A stretch of DNA of 64,000 bases from Candidatus Poribacteria bacterium (GTDB taxonomy: Bacteria > Poribacteria > WGA-4E > WGA-3G). Position numbers and translations under genes: made by a program. Shown piece after piece: positions 56,002 through 64,000 of this stretch (position 1 is the first letter of the stretch; each line of letters opens with the position of its first letter). Under the pieces are notes generated by a model. That model was not told the origin of the DNA. It saw only the letters and a program-made list of their open reading frames with translations, and did no database searches. The stretch lies in contig OZ251998.1 in the NCBI GenBank assembly GCA_965246985.1, forward strand, positions 4,191,381-4,255,380, read 5' to 3'.

Positions 56002-57438
56002 ATGGCACGACAACCCAATATTCTCTTTCTGCTCACCGACCAGCAACGTTTCGATTCCCTGGGCTGCAATGGTGCTCCAATTTGCAGAACACCTGCCGTT
56101 GACGAAATCGCTACGACAGGCATGCGATTCACAAATGCTTATACTCCTATCGCTCTCTGTTCACCGGCGCGTGGCTCTCTGCTCACCGGACTCTATCCCC
56201 ATAATCATGGACAACTCTCAAATATGGGCAACTTCAACGGCGTATTTGCAAACCAAATTCTCGACAAACCGGCATATCCAAAACTTCTAACAGAGGCAGG
56301 TTATCGCGTAAGTTGCATCGGTAAATGGCATCTCGCTAAGCAAGGGGACACGGAGTTCTGGGGGTACGACAAATGGCACCCGTATAGTGAGTGGCATCAG
56401 TGGCTCCGCGACGACGGCATCGACTTCCGAATTGATAGAGATGCAGTCCAACCCTTTGAGTGGGGAGGCGAAGCACCTTTCTATGGCAGACTTCCGCTCC
56501 CTGTTGAACGGACGATGGAAGCCTGGACCGCAGATAAAACAATCGAATTAATCGACGGTTATTCGGATTCCGAGCAACCGTTTATGATTGCCGCGAATTT
56601 CTTCGGACCGCATTTCCCGTATGCCGTACCGGCACCTTACGATACGATGTACGATCCGGACACCGTTGAACGGTGGGGCAACTTCGATGAACAGTTTATC
56701 AACAAACCTCTCATCCAGCAGAAGGAGATGCTCCGATGGAACGCCAGCCACCTGACATGGCCCGATTGGCAGAAGGTCATCGCCGCCTATTGGGGGTTCT
56801 GCACCTTCATTGACGATCAGGTGCGACGGATTCTCGACAGCCTTAAAGCGAGCGGTATGGCGGAGAATACTGTTGTCGTCTTTTCAACCGACCACGGCGA
56901 TATGCTCGGCAGCCATCGACTTTTCAATAAGGGATTTCACATGTATGAAGAGACGCACCATATTCCGCTCGTTATCCGGTGGCCAGGTGCTATATCACCA
57001 GGGACGACGTGCGATGAATTTGTGAATCTTGTCGATTTGATGCCCACTTTTTTGCAACTCGGTGGGGCAGCGATGCCTGATAATATTGATGGTAGGTCGA
57101 TTGTGCCACTGTTACAAGGGGAGACCGTAGATGATTGGCCAGATGATGTGTTCGCCGAATTTCACGGATACGAACCGACGCTTGCCTCTGTCAGAATGGT
57201 GCGGACAGATTCATGGAAATACGTCTACAATCCCTACAGTGAGGATGAACTCTACGATATGAAAAGCGACCCGCACGAACTCCATAACTTGGCGAATCAT
57301 CTCGGTTACAAGCACGTCCTCCGTCGTATGAAAGCACGCATGGTCAATCGCTTACGCGAGACGAAGGACAACATCGCCATGGACGGCGGATGGCAGAGCA
57401 ATTCCTTTGACCTGCTCATTTCAGGACGGGAGCGGTAG
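56002..57438 (+). CDS. arylsulfatase (formylglycine-dependent sulfatase family)
   Basis: N-terminal LFLLTDQQRFD plus the CSPARGSLLTG FGly motif (C-x-P-x-R). GKWHL. True start at MARQPN. The upstream extension is MITE translation. Confidence 0.85.
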   Translation: MARQPNILFLLTDQQRFDSLGCNGAPICRTPAVDEIATTGMRFTNAYTPIALCSPARGSLLTGLYPHNHGQLSNMGNFNGVFANQILDKPAYPKLLTEAGYRVSCIGKWHLAKQGDTEFWGYDKWHPYSEWHQWLRDDGIDFRIDRDAVQPFEWGGEAPFYGRLPLPVERTMEAWTADKTIELIDGYSDSEQPFMIAANFFGPHFPYAVPAPYDTMYDPDTVERWGNFDEQFINKPLIQQKEMLRWNASHLTWPDWQKVIAAYWGFCTFIDDQVRRILDSLKASGMAENTVVVFSTDHGDMLGSHRLFNKGFHMYEETHHIPLVIRWPGAISPGTTCDEFVNLVDLMPTFLQLGGAAMPDNIDGRSIVPLLQGETVDDWPDDVFAEFHGYEPTLASVRMVRTDSWKYVYNPYSEDELYDMKSDPHELHNLANHLGYKHVLRRMKARMVNRLRETKDNIAMDGGWQSNSFDLLISGRER

Positions 57439-57904
57439 TGCTATGCAGACACCGCTGGAGACTATAATCGCCCAAATTCGGATTTGCCCAAGCCGGTAGG
57501 CACGGTGTGTAACCGCGCCGGACCTTAGCATCGTAGGCCCCATACGCTATTCGCTATGGGGACCCCGGGTTGAACGGATACCATCAAAACCGTGAAAAGT
57601 CAGGGTCTGTAAAGTTTTTGGCATTAAGTCCCCTAAACTGTTCCAACGCCTTCTAAGAGCGGTTTGTAACCCCGATTGATGACAGAAACCTGTTTATAGC
57701 AGGACGGTTCCTTTCTTGAAAATTAATTTGACATCGCCATAAAACTATAGTATACTTATAATAAGTATATCAAAGATGATTCTCAGACCTTGCGTCCTCC
57801 AAAGGTTCACATCCGACCCACGTAGAAGCGGAAAACAGAAGCCGACATGCAGAACCCTAATAAAAACACGACAACGGACGGCATTAGAAGAAATGAATAA
57901 CATA

Positions 57905-58050
57905 TCTCGTCTCAAACGCAAAAAGGGTCTCAAACGCAAAATAACGCAAAACGCAATCAGAAGAACCGCGGAACCACACGCTTTACAACGCACACATTTT
58001 GCGTTGAGAGCCGAAAAAAGGGGCAAAACGCAAACGCAAACGCAATCCGT
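57905..58050. repeat. array of about 9 AACGCAA-type short motifs
   Basis: CTCAAACGCAAAAAGGGTCTCAAACGCAAAATAACGCAAAACGCAATCAG ... GGCAAAACGCAAACGCAAACGCAATCCG. Confidence 0.5.
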
Positions 58051-58223
58051 ACCGCTTCATTGCTGATGAGAAACTTGTAGGCGTCGATCTGTCCGCCGCT
58101 TCGCAACCCGTGAGGAAGTCATTAGAGAAAGCTCCCAAACAAGCAGACAGATAGCACAACCCGTAACGCTTTTCAGTCCGCGTCATTCATATCATCCATG
58201 ATAATCTTCTGCGATTCAGATTC

Positions 58224-58407
58224 GTTTGGAAAAGGTGTGTAAAGTTTTTGACATGAGGTGTTCATTTTGGCTTGTGGGAGGGGTTTGTAACCCCGATTTT
58301 GCAACGCATCTAAGTTTCCCCAGAGGGGCGGCCATCTATGTAGAAAGCGCATCAACCAAACACCTAAGTCCCAGAGGGGCGGAAACCTCTGTGTGGCATT
58401 TTGACAA
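58224..58407. repeat. degenerate MITE-B-like element in inverse orientation
   Basis: Terminal inverted repeats GGTGTGTAAAGTTTTTG / CAAAATATTTACACACC. Internal CCCCAGAGGGGCGGC and GTCCCAGAGGGGCGG are the reverse complements of the MITE-B hairpins. Also contains GGGGTTTGTAACCCCG as in family A. A related fragment is at 57447-57680. Confidence 0.45.
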
Positions 58408-58502
58408 AATATTTACACACCCGAAAAGTCATAGAAATTTGAAAAAAATGTGAAAGTGTGATAAGATGTCTATCAAATTCCTATCCTCACAGGAGGGCGT
58501 TG

Positions 58503-60689
58503 ATGATTATCACAGTTGACGAAAGCTATCAACATAAGCGGGATCGCACCGAGCAACAACTCTTCGCTGTTGTTGAGCAAAATACGCCGGATTCCATCAA
58601 AATACCCCTTTTTCCACAAGACGAACCAGAAGCGTTTACTTTTCATCTTGATAAGGCGTTGATTGAGCGTTTGAATCTCTGGGAATGGTTCCGTAACTAT
58701 GCGAAGGAAGCACAGGTCTCGACCGCCGGCATCCGGGGTCCACAAAATATTTTATACCCATGGGACACCCGGTTTCCGATCAATCAGATCGGGATTGTCT
58801 TGGCAACGCTTGGAAAGAGCCTCGTGGCAAACGAAACCACAGATGGCAGGTTGGTTGAGAAACTCGCAGGATGCGAGGTACGCTACAATTCGCAGAAATA
58901 TGTCGAACATATCGCTCGGATCCAAGCCGCACAGGGAATTCGCACGTATGTACCGAAAGGGTTCGGCACACTGCCTATCTGGATGGCATCGTTTCTGATT
59001 TTCATGCTTGACTTGGACGGTGGTGAGCATGTCACATCCAGCCACTCTGTCAGCACCAAAAACGCGACCAAAGACCTCAACAATCAAGGCAGTCAATACC
59101 TACCCGAAGAATCCATGCGTTTCGTCAACAAGATTGAAGATATTCTCAAAACCGCTGAAACGGAAGGATATCCAATTCAATTCAGCGCAGCCACCGATGT
59201 GCATATTGATTTTGAACGACTCGATGAACTCCACGACGGCGTGCAGCTATATGTCGGCTATCTCAAAAGCAGTGTCGCCACAGATGCGAATCTTAACCTC
59301 ATCCGAGAAGTAAAACCGCCAATCGTTGTCGATTGTGTCGGGGGATGTATGTATCGTCCGATGCGCGCCATCTTTGAGCGATTGGGGATTGCTCACTCTG
59401 TTCGTTGGCTCCACGTTGAGGCTGATCCGCTCTATCACAACATCGGAAAACTCGACCGCAATCCAAAAACAGGTGAGGCTGAATTTTATGATCTCGGTTG
59501 CGACTTTAGTATCCTTGATGTCGTCAAATCGGTAGACTATGCAACAAAACTCAGGGCACAACCCGTCGGGACCATTATTGAAGCGACCGACCCAGATGGC
59601 GATCGGCTCATCGTTTGTGAAATAGAGGAAGTCTCGCGCGCAGAAACACTACAAGACCTTGGGATTGATTTTCTAACACTTGACGATGAACGTCTACTGA
59701 CGATTTACACGCCGAACCAAGCGTTCCTCATGTTGATGGACTTCTATGCCAAGCAGCTCAAAACCGCTGGACTTTGGGAAAATCATCCGCGGTTCATGAT
59801 TAAGACGACGCCTTCCGCACTCGCTTGGGATCAGTGGGGTGCCGCAAACGGTATTAAGGTTATTAACGTGCCGGTCGGTTTCAAAGAGATCGCCGCAATT
59901 ATGAAAAAGATTGAGCGGCAGCTTTCCGATGCACCAGACACGCCGGTCGTTATCCAAGATGTCTATGGCGAGACAATTTCACTCGGTGTGCAGCCACGAC
60001 TCATCTTCGCGGGCGAAGAGAGCGGCGGAATGATTACCGGTCCCGAAGCACTTATTCAAAGTCAAGGCGGTCGCACTGCTATTGCGATGCGTGAAAAGTC
60101 GGCGGGTGAGTCTATGGTACTGGTCACTGCACTCGCAGCGCATTGCAAACAGGCGGATATACCCCTTTCTGATTACCTCGCTGCTGTTTTTGGGGAGAGT
60201 CAAATCACCGCTACGTGCGACGTGAGAGAGGACATCACCTATTACAACGAATCTGAGCCAAATCCAGAAAAACTTCGCGAGGCGAAGCGTGAAGGTGAAG
60301 CGAAACGTGACAAAAACGACCTGTTTTTCCTCGGCATTGCCATTGCACTCCGCGACGGAAAAATAGACATGGAACACGCACGTGCTATCCTTTCGGATGC
60401 CCTGCCGATCCTTGATTTCGCAACGCTTGAAGATGTCCGGTTTGTCGGTGACGGGAGTTATCTCAAGTTTCAGGATATGTGCGTTGAAGTCCGAAAATCT
60501 GGCACAGATGCGAAGACCAAAGCCTACGCCTCTGGCGGCGATAAGCAGGAGTGTCGGAAGTTCGCCAAAGCCTTCGGTGAAGCAAGTGGTGAATTGACCG
60601 AACTTTACGAGGAACGGATAGGTCAAACCTACTTAAGGGATGTTGAAAGCAGAGCACGGCAGATTTATAACGCATTTCAGTCGGCTTAA
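58503..60689 (+). CDS. alpha-D-phosphohexomutase family protein (phosphoglucomutase/phosphomannomutase-like, large form)
   Basis: Active-site Ser loop GGEHVTSSHS, metal-binding DPDGDR, sugar-binding GEESGG. AGGAGGG RBS before the ATG at 58503. Confidence 0.7.
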   Translation: MIITVDESYQHKRDRTEQQLFAVVEQNTPDSIKIPLFPQDEPEAFTFHLDKALIERLNLWEWFRNYAKEAQVSTAGIRGPQNILYPWDTRFPINQIGIVLATLGKSLVANETTDGRLVEKLAGCEVRYNSQKYVEHIARIQAAQGIRTYVPKGFGTLPIWMASFLIFMLDLDGGEHVTSSHSVSTKNATKDLNNQGSQYLPEESMRFVNKIEDILKTAETEGYPIQFSAATDVHIDFERLDELHDGVQLYVGYLKSSVATDANLNLIREVKPPIVVDCVGGCMYRPMRAIFERLGIAHSVRWLHVEADPLYHNIGKLDRNPKTGEAEFYDLGCDFSILDVVKSVDYATKLRAQPVGTIIEATDPDGDRLIVCEIEEVSRAETLQDLGIDFLTLDDERLLTIYTPNQAFLMLMDFYAKQLKTAGLWENHPRFMIKTTPSALAWDQWGAANGIKVINVPVGFKEIAAIMKKIERQLSDAPDTPVVIQDVYGETISLGVQPRLIFAGEESGGMITGPEALIQSQGGRTAIAMREKSAGESMVLVTALAAHCKQADIPLSDYLAAVFGESQITATCDVREDITYYNESEPNPEKLREAKREGEAKRDKNDLFFLGIAIALRDGKIDMEHARAILSDALPILDFATLEDVRFVGDGSYLKFQDMCVEVRKSGTDAKTKAYASGGDKQECRKFAKAFGEASGELTELYEERIGQTYLRDVESRARQIYNAFQSA

Positions 60690-60786
60690 AGGTAGGCACG
60701 CGCCGCCGTGCCGTACACTCAAAAATCGGTTTAGAAAGTAGAGGGCACGCGCTATCGTGTCGTACACCTATAAAAAGGAGATTATC

Positions 60787-61884
60787 ATGGTCAGAACAAT
60801 TATCAGTCTTTTCGGAGTGTTTATTGGACTTGCACTCCTCTTTTCTTTTCTCCCAGTATCCGATGCAAATTGGACCGTCCTGCGTGAAGATGATATCTTC
60901 CGTGGCGACGGCATTGACGGGATGTTACAGGATGTCTATTTCATGGATAATCAGAACGGTTTGGTCGTTGGGGATGGCGGTCTAATGTTGAAGACATCGG
61001 ATGGTGGCAAGACGTGGGAGAAAATGGAAATTGATATGCGTCCCCCCGGCACCGGTCAAAGACCTGGTGGACCTCCGGGTGCTGGTGGTGGCGGACCTCC
61101 TCCGGGCTTCGGTCGCGGCGGTCCCGCACCGCTCTATAATATCTACTTTGTAGATGAAAATGTCGGGTTTATCATAGGCGGTAGAGGCACGATCCTGAAG
61201 ACCGAGGACGGTGGTAAGACTTGGGCACGTAAAATGGCGATGAGTAGTGCTGGCATTGGACGCGGTGGGAACCCACGCGGAATGCGTGCCAATTTGATGG
61301 GTATCCAGATGATTAGCGAAACAACCGGTTTTATCGCCGGAACGGAGAATACCATTCTTAAAACAACAGATGGCGGTGAAACTTGGGTCGGCAGCTCAGA
61401 ACGGGCAAGAGTTGGAGAAACCCGAAACAATCTTGAAGGGATTTGGTTCGTTTCACCTACAACAGGTTGGGTTATCGGCTCATTCGGAATACTTCTTCAT
61501 ACCGCTGATGGTGGCGAAAACTGGGAGAAACGCGACCCGGGCTTTGATAATAACCTGTTCGGTATCCACTTTCTTGACGAAAACACAGGATGGATTAGTG
61601 GGCAGGAAGGTTTGATCCTGCATACCACTGATGGCGGTGCTACATGGAATCAGCAGAAAACCGAATCCTATGACGATCTCCACGATATTACCTTCGTTGA
61701 TGCGATGGTCGGTTGGGCAGTCGGTGGTTATAACTCTATTTTGCATACCACCGATGGCGGTAAAACATGGGCAGTATCGAATATACCCGGAGGCGCGACC
61801 TTCAAGGGCGTTCATGCGACAGATCAGAACCACTGTTGGACAATTAACGATTGGGGCGTAATCGCACGATACAAAGCACAATAG
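60787..61884 (+). CDS. Ycf48-like/BNR-repeat beta-propeller protein with Gly/Pro-rich insertion
   Basis: Six or seven repeats of T(S/T/E/A)DGG(K/E/A)(T/N)W. A 45-aa segment between blades, RPPGTGQRPGGPPGAGGGGPPPGFGRGGPAP. RBS AAGGAG before the ATG at 60787. Confidence 0.7.
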   Translation: MVRTIISLFGVFIGLALLFSFLPVSDANWTVLREDDIFRGDGIDGMLQDVYFMDNQNGLVVGDGGLMLKTSDGGKTWEKMEIDMRPPGTGQRPGGPPGAGGGGPPPGFGRGGPAPLYNIYFVDENVGFIIGGRGTILKTEDGGKTWARKMAMSSAGIGRGGNPRGMRANLMGIQMISETTGFIAGTENTILKTTDGGETWVGSSERARVGETRNNLEGIWFVSPTTGWVIGSFGILLHTADGGENWEKRDPGFDNNLFGIHFLDENTGWISGQEGLILHTTDGGATWNQQKTESYDDLHDITFVDAMVGWAVGGYNSILHTTDGGKTWAVSNIPGGATFKGVHATDQNHCWTINDWGVIARYKAQ

Positions 61885-61890
61885 TTGTTG

Positions 61891-61993
61891 GCTATCGGTC
61901 TTCAGCAGTCGGCAGTCAGCAAGAGAGTCTTGTGGCAGACACAAGGGTTTTGCATGCCACAATCCCTACTGATAGCCAATAGCCGACTGCCGA
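61891..61993. repeat. structured inverted-repeat element of the CAGTCAGC-rich family E
   Basis: GGCTATCGGTCTTCAGCAGTCGGCAGTCAGC ... CTGATAGCCAATAGCCGACTGCCGATAGCC enclosing the hairpin CTTGTGGCAGACACAAG. Related tracts at 20330-20400, 34331-34440 and 55690-55790. Confidence 0.45.
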
Positions 61994-62020
61994 TAGCCAT
62001 ACGAAGAGAAAGGGAAAAGA

Positions 62021-63232
62021 ATGTCAGAACTGAAAAGTCATAAAGTTACAATGCTCGGCACCGGGCTCATCGGAATGTTCTATACGATGACGCTCCATAA
62101 CCAGCGTGGTGCAGACCGTGTCCATGCTGTCTACTCCCGGCGCGAAGAACGCGCAACCGCATTCGCCGAAGAGTGGAACATCCCGCACGCAACAACCGAT
62201 TTGGCAGCAGCTATCAACCACCCTGAGACGGATACTGTCGTCATTGGATTGCCCAATAACTTGCACCTGAAAGCCGTTGAACTTGCCGCGGAAGCAGGCA
62301 AAGACATCCTCTGTACGAAACCCCTTGGACGCACCGCCGAAGAAGCGAAAGCGATGTTAGACATCGTTGAAAACGCAGGCGTATTTGGAGGTTATCTCGA
62401 AGATTTGGTGTATCCTCCGAAAACCCTCAAGGCGTTAGAATCGGTTCAAAACGGCGCACTCGGCAAGATTCTATGGGTGCGTTCTCGCGAGACGCATCCG
62501 GGTCCCCATAGCGATTGGTTCTGGGATCTGGAGCAAGCAGGCGGGGGTGCCATTGTTGATATGGGATGCCACTGTATCGAGATTATCCGGAACTTCGTTG
62601 GCAAGAACAACAGACCGCTTGAGGTAATGTGTTGGGCGGATACCCTTGTGCACCCAATTGATGCGGAGGACCACGGCATCGCACTCATCCGATTTGAAAG
62701 CGGCGCGATGGGGCAGTTTGAGGTCAGTTGGGCGTTCCGTGGTGGTATGGACTTGCGCGATGAAGTCTCCGGTAGTGAAGGGACTATCTGGCTCAATCAC
62801 TGGCTCCGCACAGGCTTTGAGATGTTCACAGCTGTCGGACAGGGTGGTTATGTCGCTGAAAAAGCGGAGAGCGATACTGGTTGGCTCTTCCCTGTCGGCG
62901 ATGAAGTCGCGGAACTCGGCTACCGAGATATGTTCCTCGATATGTTCAACGCAATCGACGAGGGACGAGAACCGATGGAAACCTTCTACGATGGCTACGT
63001 CGTCAACGCTGTCATTGATGCTTGTTATAAATCCGCCAAATCCAAGCAGTGGGAAGCCGTTGAGATTCAGGATTGGCGAGGCACGATGGAAACCACTGAC
63101 GCACAAGCAAGCCAGTCAGATGCCGATGAACGATATGCACACCTCAAAGATGAACGGATGCCCGATGGCAGGTTGAAACGTATCTTCAGAGATCGCCAGA
63201 CCGGGGAGATTATTGAGAGAGTGGAAGATTAA
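62021..63232 (+). CDS. Gfo/Idh/MocA-family NAD(P)-dependent oxidoreductase
   Basis: N-terminal Rossmann fold ([13 protein letters not shown]). Conserved EKP-like motif. C-terminal alpha/beta domain. Confidence 0.75.
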   Translation: MSELKSHKVTMLGTGLIGMFYTMTLHNQRGADRVHAVYSRREERATAFAEEWNIPHATTDLAAAINHPETDTVVIGLPNNLHLKAVELAAEAGKDILCTKPLGRTAEEAKAMLDIVENAGVFGGYLEDLVYPPKTLKALESVQNGALGKILWVRSRETHPGPHSDWFWDLEQAGGGAIVDMGCHCIEIIRNFVGKNNRPLEVMCWADTLVHPIDAEDHGIALIRFESGAMGQFEVSWAFRGGMDLRDEVSGSEGTIWLNHWLRTGFEMFTAVGQGGYVAEKAESDTGWLFPVGDEVAELGYRDMFLDMFNAIDEGREPMETFYDGYVVNAVIDACYKSAKSKQWEAVEIQDWRGTMETTDAQASQSDADERYAHLKDERMPDGRLKRIFRDRQTGEIIERVED

Positions 63233-63348
63233 CAGAACTTACGCAAACACCTTTGCTGGCGAGGTTGGGAAACCTCGCCAACGGTACGCAATACATCCAG
63301 TCTCGTGGAAAAATTGCGTCCGTCCTACATAAAAAGGAGGACTCTCAA

Positions 63349-64000
63349 ATGACTCGAATGCTAACAGTCGTTGCGATCTTGCTCAGTCTTGGACTGAGTT
63401 GTTTCGCCGCGTTTGAAGAAGAGACAGTGTTATTATACCTCTTTGATGAAGAGACAGCCGATGAAGCGACAGACCTTTCCGAGTTTGAGAATCATGGAGA
63501 GATTACCGATGCCGAATGGACAGAGAATGGAAAGATTGGTGGTGCATTGGTCTTTGATGGTGTAAGTAGCCTTATTGAGGTGCCACATCACGATAGTCTC
63601 TTTCCCGGCGGCGATGAACTGACAATTGAGGCGTGGTTCAAGCCGACTACATTTCCAGCCGGACATCCAGCGATTGCAAGAAAAGGTGCTGTGGCAGAAA
63701 GTGGTTGGGGTTTTGATACACCGGGCGGCAGAATTCGTGGATTCGTCTATACCGCACCGGGTGCTGCTGCTGTTGCAGAAGGCGCGACACAGATGACATT
63801 AGACACATGGCATCATCTCGCTATGGTCTACGACGGCGAAGCAGTGCTCCTCTATCTCGACGGTGAATTGGACAGAGAAGTTGCACGAGAAGGAGACATC
63901 AATGAAAACGAAGCCTCAGTCTGGATCGGCAAGAAAGCAAATGAAAATATCTGGCTTGATGGCATCCTTGACGAACTCCGTATTCTCAACATCGCGATCA
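63349..64000 (+). CDS. secreted LamG/concanavalin-A-like domain protein (partial, runs off the window end)
   Basis: RBS AAAAAGGAGG. Signal peptide. LDGELDELRILN-type LamG C-terminal motif (WHHLAMVYDG ... LYLDGEL ... LDELRILN). Confidence 0.6.
   Translation, partial: MTRMLTVVAILLSLGLSCFAAFEEETVLLYLFDEETADEATDLSEFENHGEITDAEWTENGKIGGALVFDGVSSLIEVPHHDSLFPGGDELTIEAWFKPTTFPAGHPAIARKGAVAESGWGFDTPGGRIRGFVYTAPGAAAVAEGATQMTLDTWHHLAMVYDGEAVLLYLDGELDREVAREGDINENEASVWIGKKANENIWLDGILDELRILNIAI

Noticed and set aside
60693-60775. Two direct repeats GGCACGCGC..CGTG(C/T)CGTACAC after the phosphohexomutase gene, considered as a terminator
   Set aside because: The short GGCACG/CGTGCC stems are not followed by a T-run. 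This could be a regulatory repeat, but the evidence is too weak to call.

Overview
This is a 64-kb bacterial chromosomal window of moderate GC, probably from a Gram-negative, possibly uncultured or marine-type lineage. No rRNA, tRNA or CRISPR was found. About 45 protein-coding genes can be supported. They include two paralogous fused ABC exporter genes, a TonB-dependent-receptor-like outer-membrane protein, an RcnA-like nickel/cobalt efflux protein with a His/Asp-rich loop, several NHL and BNR/Ycf48-like beta-propeller proteins, nusB, gamma-glutamyltransferase, SDR oxidoreductases, a Rieske protein and an NAD-dependent epimerase. There are also three tandem copies of an unrecognised 7-TM membrane protein, an isoprenylcysteine carboxyl methyltransferase family protein, an LptF/LptG permease pair, a LacD/YihT-family aldolase, a polyprenyl synthase, a vWA protein, purD and two tandem HigB/HigA-like toxin-antitoxin pairs. 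The remaining genes are an alpha/beta hydrolase, two amt ammonium transporters downstream of a small beta-barrel outer-membrane protein, a GT39/ArnT-like glycosyltransferase, a CBM9/DUF5916-like outer-membrane protein, an arylsulfatase, a phosphohexomutase, a Gfo/Idh/MocA oxidoreductase and a partial LamG-like protein. The window is unusually rich in mobile and repetitive DNA. It carries one intact IS1595-family insertion sequence with an 8-bp target duplication, two different IS630-family elements and an IS1 insA-like remnant. At least five families of short MITE-like repeats are present. One 91-bp family shares its terminal inverted repeats with the second IS630 element and forms a six-copy tandem array between the two ABC exporter genes. 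Solo copies of that family sit directly upstream of gene starts and carry TGgTATAA(T)-like sequences at their ends. A second MITE-like family is flanked by unusually long direct repeats of about 17-23 bp. All functional statements come from motif and family recognition in the translated ORFs. No database search was run.
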